This document shows positions 9,858-18,659 of a stretch of DNA of 55,795 nt, piece after piece. The DNA lies in contig MFIO01000008.1 of the NCBI GenBank assembly GCA_001780775.1, positions 1 to 55,795 of the forward strand. Direction: 5' to 3'. Made by a program: the position numbers and the translations under genes. Each line of letters opens with the position of its first letter. Within the stretch, counting starts at the first letter, position 1. Origin of the DNA: Candidatus Giovannonibacteria bacterium RIFCSPLOWO2_12_FULL_43_11c. Lineage in GTDB: Bacteria > Patescibacteriota > Minisyncoccia > JACPKW01 > UBA11713. Below the pieces are notes generated by a model. The model was not told where the DNA came from, searched no databases, and saw only the letters and a list, made by a program, of their open reading frames with translations.

Positions 9858-11570
9858 ATGAAAAATAAGGAGATAGCGAAGATACTCTTTGAGCTTTCGG
9901 AACTATACGAAATGAAAAACGTGCCATTTAAGCCCCGGGCGCTCGAGCGCGCTTCGGAGACGATTGACTCGCTTACAGAAGATGTCATAGATATATATAA
10001 AGAAGGCGGAATTAAGGCGCTTGAAAATATTCCGGGCGTCGGCAGGGGGATTGCGGAAAGGATAGAAGAATATCTCAAGGCAGGCCGTATCAAAGAATAT
10101 GAAAATATGAAGAAAAAATTCCCGGTTGATATAGCCGGGCTTTCTTCGATTGAAGGGGTTGGACCTAAACTTATCAATCTTTTGTATACAAGATTAAAGA
10201 TAAGAACAGTTTTAGACCTGGAGAAAGCGGCGGAGGCAGGCAAATTGAAGGGGTTACCCAGAATGGGAGCGAAGCTTGAAGCGAAGATCCTAAAAGGCAT
10301 TGAATTTAAGCATGAGGGCGGAGGAAGGTTTGCCTTGGGCGAGGTTTTGCCCATGGCGCGAGAGATTAAGACAAGATTATTAAAAGTTAGGGGCGTTGAG
10401 ACGGTTGAAGTCGCGGGTTCCATCAGGCGGCGGCCTGAGACAATAGGCGACCTTGATTTTCTTGCGATATCGGAACATCCTGCTGCCGCCGCAGAATTTT
10501 TTGCGCGTATGCCAGAAGTTAGCCATGTTTACGGCCACGGGGAAACCAAGGTCCTCGTCAGGTTAAAATCTGGCATAGACGCCGATTTGATTATTTTGCC
10601 TAAAAAATCCTTTGGCGCGGCTCTACAATATTTTACGGGATCTAAAGATCACAACGTCGAGGTGCGGAAGCTTGCGATCAAAAAAGGATGGTCATTAAAC
10701 GAACACGGGCTAACGCGCGGCAAAAAAATGATAGCAAGCGAAACAGAAAAAGAAATTTATGAAAAACTCGGGATGGATTTTATCGAACCCGAGATGCGAA
10801 CGAACCGAGGAGAAATCGAAGCCGCACTCGCGCATAATTTGCCTAAACTCATCGGTTACGGAGATTTAAGAGGGGATTTGCAAGTTCAAACATCTTGGAC
10901 GGATGGCAAAAATTCAATTGAGGAGATGGCGCGGGAGGCTGAAAAATTTGGTCACGAATATATCGCGATAACGGATCATACGAAATTTTTGGCGATGACC
11001 GGTGGATCGGATAAGAAAAAACTTTTGCGCCAGATGGCGGAGATTGATAAGATTCAGAAAAAATTTCGCAAACTTAAAATTTTGAAAGGAGCAGAGGTGA
11101 ATATAATGCGCGATGGATCTCTCGATATTGATGACGAAACTTTAGCGAAGCTAGATGTCGTCGGGGCGGCGGTGCATTCGCTTTTTAATTTATCGCAGGA
11201 AGAGCAAACCGCGCGTATCATTAAAGCGATGGAAAATCCGAACGTTGATATTTTATTTCATCCGACTGGGCGCGTGATTAACAAGCGAAAGCCGTACGAA
11301 GTTGATATGGAAGCGATTATCAAGGCTGCGAAGCGCACTGGGACGATTTTAGAAATCGACGGGCATCCTTGGCGGCTCGATTTAAAAGATGAGCATATTC
11401 GTATGGCGCGCGAGGGCGGAGTGAAAATGGTTATTGATACCGATGCGCATTCTGTTTCCGAGATGAGTTATCTCGAATATGGCATCGCGCAAGCCAGGCG
11501 CGGGTGGTGTGAAAAAAAAGACATAATAAATACGTTGCCGCTTAAAGAATTTTTAAAGGCGTTAAAATAA
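9858..11570 (+). CDS. polX: family X DNA polymerase with C-terminal PHP domain
   Basis: 570 aa. Has HhH motifs (IPGVGRGIAERI, IEGVGPKL), the pol-beta catalytic GSIRRRPETIGDLDFL motif, and a PHP domain (ITDHT...DTDAH). Confidence 0.9.
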   Translation: MKNKEIAKILFELSELYEMKNVPFKPRALERASETIDSLTEDVIDIYKEGGIKALENIPGVGRGIAERIEEYLKAGRIKEYENMKKKFPVDIAGLSSIEGVGPKLINLLYTRLKIRTVLDLEKAAEAGKLKGLPRMGAKLEAKILKGIEFKHEGGGRFALGEVLPMAREIKTRLLKVRGVETVEVAGSIRRRPETIGDLDFLAISEHPAAAAEFFARMPEVSHVYGHGETKVLVRLKSGIDADLIILPKKSFGAALQYFTGSKDHNVEVRKLAIKKGWSLNEHGLTRGKKMIASETEKEIYEKLGMDFIEPEMRTNRGEIEAALAHNLPKLIGYGDLRGDLQVQTSWTDGKNSIEEMAREAEKFGHEYIAITDHTKFLAMTGGSDKKKLLRQMAEIDKIQKKFRKLKILKGAEVNIMRDGSLDIDDETLAKLDVVGAAVHSLFNLSQEEQTARIIKAMENPNVDILFHPTGRVINKRKPYEVDMEAIIKAAKRTGTILEIDGHPWRLDLKDEHIRMAREGGVKMVIDTDAHSVSEMSYLEYGIAQARRGWCEKKDIINTLPLKEFLKALK

Positions 11571-11697
11571 GCTTAAAAATTAGGCAATTTTTGGGCCTTG
11601 CATTTTTTAGAATTTCATGGTATGCTTTTGCAGGGTTTGATTCTTAATAACGTAAGCTCTTCGGAGCTGAATTGACAAAAAGAAAGGAAGGATCGCC

Positions 11698-12390
11698 ATG
11701 AGCGATAAAGCCTTAATGACGAGAGCAGAATTAGAGTTGACGCAGAAAATGCAGCGGGAATTTCCTGCTGGCGGAGTCGTCCATCCTGATATTATCAAAG
11801 AGGTGAACGACTCTCCGGAGCTTACCGCCCATCTCACCGCTTTTTTGCAAAACCGTGGGCGCATGCAAGTGGGAAGCACCAGCGGCATCGTTGCCCCGCA
11901 AAATGGAATCGTTTTGCCGTTCACTATTCCGGTGAACGAATCGCGCGATTGGAACGATGTGGTAAGGGCAGTTGGTCTGAATACGGATCACAGTAATGAT
12001 ATATGGAAAGTGGGGGATCAATTTGCTCCGACTGCGGGTATGGTGGAGCGGCTCGAGCAAATTTACCTTGTCAACTTTGGCAAGGATAGCATAACGCAGA
12101 GCCTGGACGCCCTTGCGTGGGGCAAGGAACAACATATTATTCCTGTGTCTCCTCGCGCGGACTTTGCCATCGCCGAGCACTTCCCAAAACTCCATACCTA
12201 TCTAGGCATGGACCCCATGGCGATTGTTTCCCTCCAAAGGTGTTCTTTCGAAAGCCACGCTCGTGTCGCTAAGGTCTGGTTCGATGGCTCGAAGCGCGGT
12301 GCGGGTCTCGGTTGGTTCGGGTACGACTGGAACGACGACTTCTGGTTTCCCTTCGTTCGTGAGTTTGAAGCTGGGAATTCTGGATCCTGA
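11698..12390 (+). CDS. DGR target (variable) protein
   Basis: 230 aa with no obvious signal peptide. The C-terminal 50 aa (...SFESHARVAKVWFDGSKRGAGLGWFGYDWNDDFWFPFVRE...) are encoded by the VR. Confidence 0.8.
   Translation: MSDKALMTRAELELTQKMQREFPAGGVVHPDIIKEVNDSPELTAHLTAFLQNRGRMQVGSTSGIVAPQNGIVLPFTIPVNESRDWNDVVRAVGLNTDHSNDIWKVGDQFAPTAGMVERLEQIYLVNFGKDSITQSLDALAWGKEQHIIPVSPRADFAIAEHFPKLHTYLGMDPMAIVSLQRCSFESHARVAKVWFDGSKRGAGLGWFGYDWNDDFWFPFVREFEAGNSGS
12243..12360 (+). repeat. DGR variable region (VR)
   Basis: 118 nt matching TR at a 488-nt offset. There are 14 mismatches, and 13 of them fall where TR has A. Confidence 0.85.
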
Positions 12391-12428
12391 AATCTTTGGG
12401 ATTCTTGAATCCTTGGTTTGCATTTTAA

Positions 12429-12460
12429 CGCCTGCATGGCTTCGGTCATGCGGGCGTTTT
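12429..12460 (+). terminator. GC-rich hairpin with UUCG loop and T4 tail downstream of the DGR target gene
   Basis: CGCCTGCATGGC-TTCG-GTCATGCGGGCG followed by TTTT. Confidence 0.5.
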
Positions 12461-12730
12461 CAATTTTCGAAAATTTGATATAATAACTTTGGATACTAGA
12501 CTAATATGCTGGCGGTTACGGCTTCCAGCGGTCGAATTCTGAGAGCTGATGGGTCAGAATTACTTTGGCTACGCCTGCCGGAGGCAGGCAGGGCTTAGGC
12601 AAGTGTATCTATCAGAAATTCTTCAAAAATGAAGATACTCGGTGCCGAGCACTAAGGGATTTTCGATCCCGGATTAGATACAATCCCGAGAGCACTCGAA
12701 GGACAGTGGCATAGGTGGTGCTTGGTACAT

Positions 12731-12848
12731 TTCTTTCGAAGGCAACGCTCATGTCGCTAAAGTCTGGTTCAATGGCTCGAAGCGCAATGCGAATCTCAAT
12801 TGGTTCGAGAACGACTGGAACGACGACTACTGGTTTCCCTTCGTTCGT
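12731..12848 (+). repeat. DGR template region (TR)
   Basis: Non-coding copy of the VR. It has 27 adenines, many in AAY codons when read in the VR frame. The 3' 19 nt are A-free and identical to the VR. Confidence 0.85.
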
Positions 12849-12856
12849 TATTCTCT

Positions 12857-13219
12857 TCATTCCCTGCCCTTTCTCTGTGGCAGGGTTTCTTTTTCAACAT
12901 TTCTTATCCATCCGCCAAGCATTTTACCGATCTCGTTCAAGGGTTCAGAAAGCGCGATATACTTTTTAGTATCAAGAGCTTTTATTTCCCAAGAAATTTG
13001 CAAGAAGAATTTTAAGAGATCAAGTTTCACAGCAGATTTTTTGAGATAAGGCAGTTTTTCTTCTTTCGATAAATAGCTTGCGATAAATAACAATTCCAAA
13101 GTTTCAATAAATAGCGAATCTATCTTTGCGCCAAGCGTGTATCGTGATTTTTTAGAAATATGATCAAGAATTTCATGCCACAATTTGTAGACCAAAATAA
13201 AACGCCCGATGATGGGCAA
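12857..13219 (-). CDS. avd: Avd-like accessory variability determinant (four-helix-bundle protein)
   Basis: 120 aa. The ...LNEIGKMLGGWIRNV... C-terminal helix resembles Avd and the 23S-rRNA-IVS four-helix-bundle family. The only canonical start in the ORF is the TTG at 13219. Confidence 0.7.
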   Translation of the reverse strand: MPIIGRFILVYKLWHEILDHISKKSRYTLGAKIDSLFIETLELLFIASYLSKEEKLPYLKKSAVKLDLLKFFLQISWEIKALDTKKYIALSEPLNEIGKMLGGWIRNVEKETLPQRKGRE

Positions 13220-14210
13220 AACTTGTCTGGGGGGGGGGCTTAGAGGAAAAATTCAATTCAGTCATAGCTTTGATGAAATTATTTCAGTTGAGAATTTACT
13301 TCTTGCCTGGCAGGAATTCCTGAAAGGAAAAAGAAAGAAAGCCGACGTCCAAGAATTCTCCATGCATCTCATGGATAATATTCTAGCACTTCATCACGAT
13401 TTAAAGGAAAGAAAATATAAACACGGAGGATATCACGCTTTCAATATATCCGATCCCAGGCCGCGAAATATCCACAAAGCAATCGTTCGCGATCGGTTGT
13501 TGCACCATGCAATCTATCGAAAACTCTATCCATTCTTCAACCGCATCTTCGTTGCGGATTCATATTCTTGTCGAATTGGCAAAGGGACGTATAAAGCACT
13601 CAACCGATTTCTGGAATTCGGGCGAAAAGTGAGCAGGAACAATACAAAAACCTGCTGGGTTTTGAAAGGCGATATCAGAAAATTCTTCGCGAATATTGAT
13701 CACGAAGTTTTAATGACAATTTTGAAAAAATATATTTCTGACGAAGATATTATCTGGTTGTTGTACGAAATCATCGAAAGCTTTGTTCCGGGCTTGCCGC
13801 TCGGCAATTTAACCAGCCAATTATTTGTAAATATCCATATGAATGAATTTGATCAGTTTATAAAGCACAAACTCAATGCAAAACATTATATCCGCTATGC
13901 AGATGATTTTGTGATTTTTTCTGAAAATAAAACCTGGCTCGAGGTGTTAATTCCCCAAATTCGAGATTTTCTTTCAGACAAACTTTGCCTCGAGTTGCAT
14001 CCTGACAAGTTGTTCATCAAAACACTTGCTTCCGGAGTTGATTTTCTCGGATGGGTGCATTTCCCGGGTCATCGGGTTTTGCGGACCACCACCAGAAGAC
14101 GTATGATAAAACGTATGTCAGAAAAATCAAAGTCAGAAACCATTAATTCATATTTTGGCCTATTGCGGCACGGGAATACGTTTAAGATTAAAAAAAGAAT
14201 TTTACCGTAA
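13209..14210 (+). CDS. DGR reverse transcriptase
   Basis: 333 aa. Has LPLGNLTSQLFVN (DGR-type motif 4), the YADDFVIF catalytic motif, and N-terminal NLLLAWQEFLKGKRKK. Confidence 0.9.
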   Translation: MMGKTCLGGGLRGKIQFSHSFDEIISVENLLLAWQEFLKGKRKKADVQEFSMHLMDNILALHHDLKERKYKHGGYHAFNISDPRPRNIHKAIVRDRLLHHAIYRKLYPFFNRIFVADSYSCRIGKGTYKALNRFLEFGRKVSRNNTKTCWVLKGDIRKFFANIDHEVLMTILKKYISDEDIIWLLYEIIESFVPGLPLGNLTSQLFVNIHMNEFDQFIKHKLNAKHYIRYADDFVIFSENKTWLEVLIPQIRDFLSDKLCLELHPDKLFIKTLASGVDFLGWVHFPGHRVLRTTTRRRMIKRMSEKSKSETINSYFGLLRHGNTFKIKKRILP

Positions 14211-14211
14211 C

Positions 14212-14640
14212 ATGCCGGTTTTGCGTTCAGCGGGAATCATTCTTTTTAGAGAGACCCAAGGGGGCAGGCGATATTTAATTTTAAGGGCATCGCGCAAGGA
14301 CAATCGTCCGGAATTTTGGGATATTCCAAAGGGAGAGCTGGATAAGGGCGAGTCGGGCATTGAAGGGGCTATGCGTGAAGTGAAAGAAGAAGCAGGTTTG
14401 GAAAATTTTTCATTGATTCCTGATTTTAAGCATACGGTGCAGTATTTTACACGCCGTGCCGGCAAATCCATCATGAAATTTGTCGCGGTTTTCCTCGCAG
14501 AGGCCCAGAATGACAAAGTCAAGCTATCTTGGGAGCATGATGCGTATGAATGGGTAACACTCGAAGAGGCGACAAAAAAATTGACAACTATGCGCGAGAC
14601 TATAAAAAAAGCAGATGAATTTCTCCGAAAAAGTTCTTAA
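14212..14640 (+). CDS. NUDIX hydrolase
   Basis: Nudix box: GELDKGESGIEGAMREVKEEAGL. The start is taken at ATG 14212, just after the RT stop, rather than the track start at 14155. Confidence 0.8.
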   Translation: MPVLRSAGIILFRETQGGRRYLILRASRKDNRPEFWDIPKGELDKGESGIEGAMREVKEEAGLENFSLIPDFKHTVQYFTRRAGKSIMKFVAVFLAEAQNDKVKLSWEHDAYEWVTLEEATKKLTTMRETIKKADEFLRKSS

Positions 14641-14646
14641 ATAAGA

Positions 14647-14991
14647 CTATTTTATTTTTTCTACAAGAGCGGAAAACGCTTTCGGATATTCTTGGGCCAA
14701 TTGGGCGAGGATTTTCCTGTCCAATCCTATATTCGCTTTTTTGAGTTTGTCTATTAGAACGCTATAAGACATTCCTCGTTCGCGTGCCGCGGCGTTTATC
14801 TGGATCTGCCAAAGTTTCCGGAAATTTCTTTTCTTTTTTCTGCGATCTTGGAAAGAATGTTTAGCCGCGTGCAATAGCCGCTCGCGCGCCAAGCGCTCTT
14901 TTGATTTCGCCCCCCAGCGGAAGCCCTTCGCGCGTTTTAAAATTTTCCTTCTTTTCTTTAATGCAATTGTCGCTTTTTTGACCCTTGGCAT
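14647..14991 (-). CDS. rplT: 50S ribosomal protein L20
   Basis: MPRVKKATIALKKRRKILKRAKGFRWGAKSK... Confidence 0.95.
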   Translation of the reverse strand: MPRVKKATIALKKRRKILKRAKGFRWGAKSKERLARERLLHAAKHSFQDRRKKKRNFRKLWQIQINAAARERGMSYSVLIDKLKKANIGLDRKILAQLAQEYPKAFSALVEKIK

Positions 14992-14998
14992 AGTTTAC

Positions 14999-15184
14999 TT
15001 AGTTGGGAAGATAATGATTAAGCTCGTTTTTGGGAATACGAAAATTAACGAGACCTTTTTGGCGGAGCTGTTTTGCTCTGCGCACTTTCGCGTTGAAATG
15101 GTTTTGCCCGGGAATCCGCGCAAGGACTTTCCCCGTGCGCGTGACCTTGAGGCGCTTTCGAAATGATTTGTTGGTTTTTGGCAT
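14999..15184 (-). CDS. rpmI: 50S ribosomal protein L35
   Basis: MPKTNKSFRKRLKVTRTGKVL... Confidence 0.95.
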   Translation of the reverse strand: MPKTNKSFRKRLKVTRTGKVLARIPGQNHFNAKVRRAKQLRQKGLVNFRIPKNELNHYLPN

Positions 15185-15187
15185 TTT

Positions 15188-15787
15188 TTACTTTTTCTCT
15201 ACAAGCACGTGTATGCCCCGAGGGCCTTGTTTAGGCCCATCGCTGATTTTATAGTCCCGGGGGATAAAATGCAGTATTCGCTCTATTCTCTCGTTTTTAA
15301 AGTTTTTGTCAAGATATTTGGCCCGTCCGCGAAGCACTAGGTCTATTTTCACTTTGTCTCCGGCATCCAGAAATTCACCTACTTTTTTTGCCTTCATCTC
15401 CAAATCATGTTCAGATGTATTAAGGCCTATCCGCACCTCTCTCACTTCCGAAGTACGAGCTTTCTTATTCGCCTCTCTGCGCTTTTTATCTTCCTGGTAA
15501 GACCATTTTCCATAATCCATTATTTTTACGACCGGCGGCTTTGCGGTTGGAGAAATTTCAATAACGTCGAGTCCATTTTCTTTGGCTATTTCAATTGCCT
15601 TCGCTATCTCAATGATGCCGTAGTTTGTTCCATCATCGCCAATTGCCCGCACGGGGGAGGCGGTGATTTGGTTATTTATTCTTGTGCGCTTTGTAGTCAG
15701 AGATTTAAATATAGCTTTTTTGGTTATTCTTGTGAAGGGTTGCCCTTTTTTTGAGTTATCCACTAATCTTAATTTCGCGCCGAGCAT
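15188..15787 (-). CDS. infC: translation initiation factor IF-3
   Basis: RINNQITASPVRAIGDDG...DVIEISPTAKPPVVKIMDYGKWSYQ. The true start is possibly a downstream non-AUG codon (ATA/ATT), as is common for infC. Confidence 0.9.
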   Translation of the reverse strand: MLGAKLRLVDNSKKGQPFTRITKKAIFKSLTTKRTRINNQITASPVRAIGDDGTNYGIIEIAKAIEIAKENGLDVIEISPTAKPPVVKIMDYGKWSYQEDKKRREANKKARTSEVREVRIGLNTSEHDLEMKAKKVGEFLDAGDKVKIDLVLRGRAKYLDKNFKNERIERILHFIPRDYKISDGPKQGPRGIHVLVEKK

Positions 15788-15822
15788 ATAATGAAATTAA
15801 GTTTCCAAGGTTCAATTAATCT

Positions 15823-16356
15823 ATGACAAAAAGCTGGCCAAAATTTATACTGGGCTGGGTTATTTCTTTCCTCATCCGGATGGTTCCTTTCCGCCCTCCG
15901 AATGTCGAGCCGATTTTAGGAATTCAGATGCCCTTCAGTAAAGCTTACGGATATACGCCAGCTTTTCTTTTTGCATTTTCAAATATAGTTTTATTTGATC
16001 TCTTGGTTAATAAATTTGGAGTGTGGACGCTGATTACATCTCTCGCTTACGGATTTTTAGGAATTTGGAGCAGTCGATATTTTAAAAACCGAGAAAGCTC
16101 GCAATTAAATTACCTTAAATTTTCCATAATGGCGACCTTGGCCTACGACGCCGTAACGGGGCTTTCCGTGGGGCCTCTTTTATTCGGGCAACCGTTTATG
16201 GCGGCCGTAATCGGGCAAATTCCCTTTACTTTACTTCATCTTTTGGGCAATTGCTCATTTGCTGTTTTGGCAAGCCCTCTTATTTACCGCTACGCTGTTT
16301 CTAATCGCCGCGTTGAGGGGGCGTATTTATTAAATCTAAAGCCACTGGCTAACTAA
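15823..16356 (+). CDS. hypothetical polytopic membrane protein (candidate vitamin-transporter S-component, by context only)
   Basis: 177 aa with about 5-6 TM helices. It sits immediately upstream of the B12-dependent RNR and the corrinoid adenosyltransferase. Confidence 0.4.
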   Translation: MTKSWPKFILGWVISFLIRMVPFRPPNVEPILGIQMPFSKAYGYTPAFLFAFSNIVLFDLLVNKFGVWTLITSLAYGFLGIWSSRYFKNRESSQLNYLKFSIMATLAYDAVTGLSVGPLLFGQPFMAAVIGQIPFTLLHLLGNCSFAVLASPLIYRYAVSNRRVEGAYLLNLKPLAN

Positions 16357-16367
16357 TCCTTTATAAT

Positions 16368-18659
16368 ATGGAAACGATGGTTGAAAAAAAACCTAGGACA
16401 CTATCTCATATTGAACTTTCTCAAATTAGAAAACGAGACGGATCTCTGGTCCCATTTGATTTAGCTCGAATAAAAAATAAGGTCCTGTTAGCATTTGAAT
16501 CGACCAAAGAGGCTGGGGAGGAAGAAGCGAGGCTCGTGTCGTTTCGAGTGTATGACATGTTAAGGCAAATGAAATTGACCAACCCTCAATTTATTCCGTC
16601 GGTTGAACAAATTCAGGATTTGGTGGAAAAGGAACTCATCTTGGATAAATTTGCCGTCACGGCGAAATCTTACATCTTATACCGTGAAAAACATGCAGAG
16701 ATGCGCAGAGAAGCCGGACCCGTGTCAGAACGCTTGCGGACTCTCGCCAAAGAAAGTAAAAAATATTTCAAAAATCCTCTTGCGGAATTCATATACTACC
16801 GTTCATATGCTCGCTGGGTAGAGAGTGAGGGCAGAAGAGAAACGTGGATAGAGACAGTAGATCGATATATGAGCTTTATGAAAGAAAAATTAGCTGACGC
16901 GTTGACGGAGACAGAGTATTCCGAGGTCCGCGAGGCCATTTTAAAGCACGAAGCCATGCCTTCTATGCGCCTTTTACAATTTGCAGGTCCTGCTGCGATG
17001 GCGACTAACGTTTGCGCGTATAATTGCTCGTTTATCGCCCCCCGATCGTTTCAGGACTTTGCCGAAATTATGTATATTTCTATGTGCGGAACTGGAGTTG
17101 GGTGGTCTGTTGAGAGCGAAAATATCCAGTCTTTACCGCAAGTCAAGCGACAGACTAGCAAAAAGGTCCCTACCTATGTCATTCCGGATAGCAAAGAGGG
17201 ATGGGCGGACGCTTTTGCCTTTGGGCTCAAGACTTGGTTTGAAGGGGACGATGTGGATTTCGATTTCTCAAAGCTTCGCCCAGCTGGCGCGCGCCTCAAG
17301 ACAATGGGCGGGAAAAGCTCTGGTCCGGAGCCTCTTAGAAACCTTCTGGAATTTACACGTGAGAGGATTTTAAATAGACAAGGAAGGCGACTTTCAAATA
17401 TCGACGCTCACGATATCATCTGCAAAATTGGCGATTGCGTAGTATCCGGCGGAGTGAGGCGGAGCGCTATGATTTCTCTCTCTGATTTGGATGATGCGGA
17501 GATCCGCGATTCAAAGAAAGGGCAGTTTTATATGAACGACCCACAGCGCAGTTTGGCGAACAACTCCGCTGTATATTGGCAGAGGCCGACAACGAAAGAA
17601 TTTCTGGACGAGTGGACAGCTTTGATTAAAAGCGGAAGCGGGGAGCGCGGAATTTTTAACCGCGGAGGGCTTGCAAAAACTCTGCCAGAGCGCAGGCTCG
17701 AACAATTCGGCGGTAATCATCCTTCTTGGGGGACGAATCCCTGCGGAGAGATAGTTTTGCAGTCGAAGCAATTTTGCAACCTGACGGAGATTGTAGCGAG
17801 GGAAGAAGATACGAAAGAGACTTTAATGAAAAAAGCAAAAATAGCGACTATCCTCGGCACATACCAATCCACACTGACTTATTTTCCATATCTTTCGAAG
17901 GAGTGGCAGGAAAATTGCGAAAAGGAGCGATTGCTTGGAGTTTCTATAACCGGACAGTGGGATTCCCCGGCCGTTCGCGATGAGGCTTTTTTGAGAAAGC
18001 TTAAAGAATATATTGTTAAAACCAATAAAGAATATGCTGCTAAATTTGGCGTCAATCAATCAACCTGCACGACATGCGTTAAGCCTTCGGGAACAGTCTC
18101 CCAGCTTGTGGATTGTTCTTCGGGAATGCACGCTAGGCATTCGCAATACTATATCAGGCGCGTGCGCATCTCAGTGACCGACTCCCTTTTCAAGATGCTA
18201 AAGGACCAAGGTGTCCCGTTTTATCCGGAAGTCGGTGAGACTATGGAGAGTGCGGCGACATTTGTCTTAGAATTCCCCGTTAAGGCGCCGGAAGGCAAAA
18301 TTTTCCGCGACAATCTTACCGCGATGGATCAACTGAAGCATTGGAAGATGGTAAAAGAAGCCTATACCGAACATAATCCGTCAGTTACGGTTTCCGTTGG
18401 GGATGACGAATGGGTGGCTGTTGCGAATTGGCTTTATGAAAATTGGGATATCGTCGGCGGGCTTTCTTTTCTGCCCCGAGCCAATCACGTCTACCGCTTG
18501 GCGCCCTATGAAGCCATTAAAAAAGAAGAATATGATGAGCGCGCCAAGAAACTCGAACACATTGATTTTTCCAAAATCTACACATACGAAATCGAAGACG
18601 AGACGGAAGTTAAGCGCGAGCTCGCCTGCGTTGCCGGAGTTTGCGAAATAGAATTATAA
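16368..18659 (+). CDS. nrdJ: adenosylcobalamin-dependent (class II) ribonucleotide reductase with N-terminal ATP-cone
   Basis: 763 aa. Has an ATP-cone-like N-terminus (IRKRDGSLVPFDLARIKNKV) and the catalytic NPCGEIVLQSKQFCNLTEI. Confidence 0.9.
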   Translation: METMVEKKPRTLSHIELSQIRKRDGSLVPFDLARIKNKVLLAFESTKEAGEEEARLVSFRVYDMLRQMKLTNPQFIPSVEQIQDLVEKELILDKFAVTAKSYILYREKHAEMRREAGPVSERLRTLAKESKKYFKNPLAEFIYYRSYARWVESEGRRETWIETVDRYMSFMKEKLADALTETEYSEVREAILKHEAMPSMRLLQFAGPAAMATNVCAYNCSFIAPRSFQDFAEIMYISMCGTGVGWSVESENIQSLPQVKRQTSKKVPTYVIPDSKEGWADAFAFGLKTWFEGDDVDFDFSKLRPAGARLKTMGGKSSGPEPLRNLLEFTRERILNRQGRRLSNIDAHDIICKIGDCVVSGGVRRSAMISLSDLDDAEIRDSKKGQFYMNDPQRSLANNSAVYWQRPTTKEFLDEWTALIKSGSGERGIFNRGGLAKTLPERRLEQFGGNHPSWGTNPCGEIVLQSKQFCNLTEIVAREEDTKETLMKKAKIATILGTYQSTLTYFPYLSKEWQENCEKERLLGVSITGQWDSPAVRDEAFLRKLKEYIVKTNKEYAAKFGVNQSTCTTCVKPSGTVSQLVDCSSGMHARHSQYYIRRVRISVTDSLFKMLKDQGVPFYPEVGETMESAATFVLEFPVKAPEGKIFRDNLTAMDQLKHWKMVKEAYTEHNPSVTVSVGDDEWVAVANWLYENWDIVGGLSFLPRANHVYRLAPYEAIKKEEYDERAKKLEHIDFSKIYTYEIEDETEVKRELACVAGVCEIEL

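Larger units (their letters stand above)
11698..14210 (+). mobile_element. diversity-generating retroelement cassette (target gene with VR, TR, avd, RT)
   Basis: Contains a 118-nt VR/TR repeat pair with adenine-specific mismatches, an Avd-like four-helix-bundle ORF, and an RT with a DGR-type GNLTSQ motif. Confidence 0.85.

Noticed and set aside
9710-10423. 237-aa minus-strand ORF
   Set aside because: It is low-complexity (Ser/Pro/Ile-rich) and lies antisense to the 5' part of the well-supported polX gene. It has no motif and no RBS.
12224-12969. Several 73-84-aa ORFs on both strands (12224..12478, 12202..12423, 12612..12860, 12715..12969)
   Set aside because: They arise from the VR/TR repeat being open in other frames. 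Their mutual similarity is explained by the DGR repeat, not by coding.
14155-14211. Upstream extension of the NUDIX ORF, overlapping the RT 3' end
   Set aside because: The ATG at 14212 directly follows the RT stop and gives a normal NUDIX N-terminus. The extension is the RT C-terminus read in another frame.
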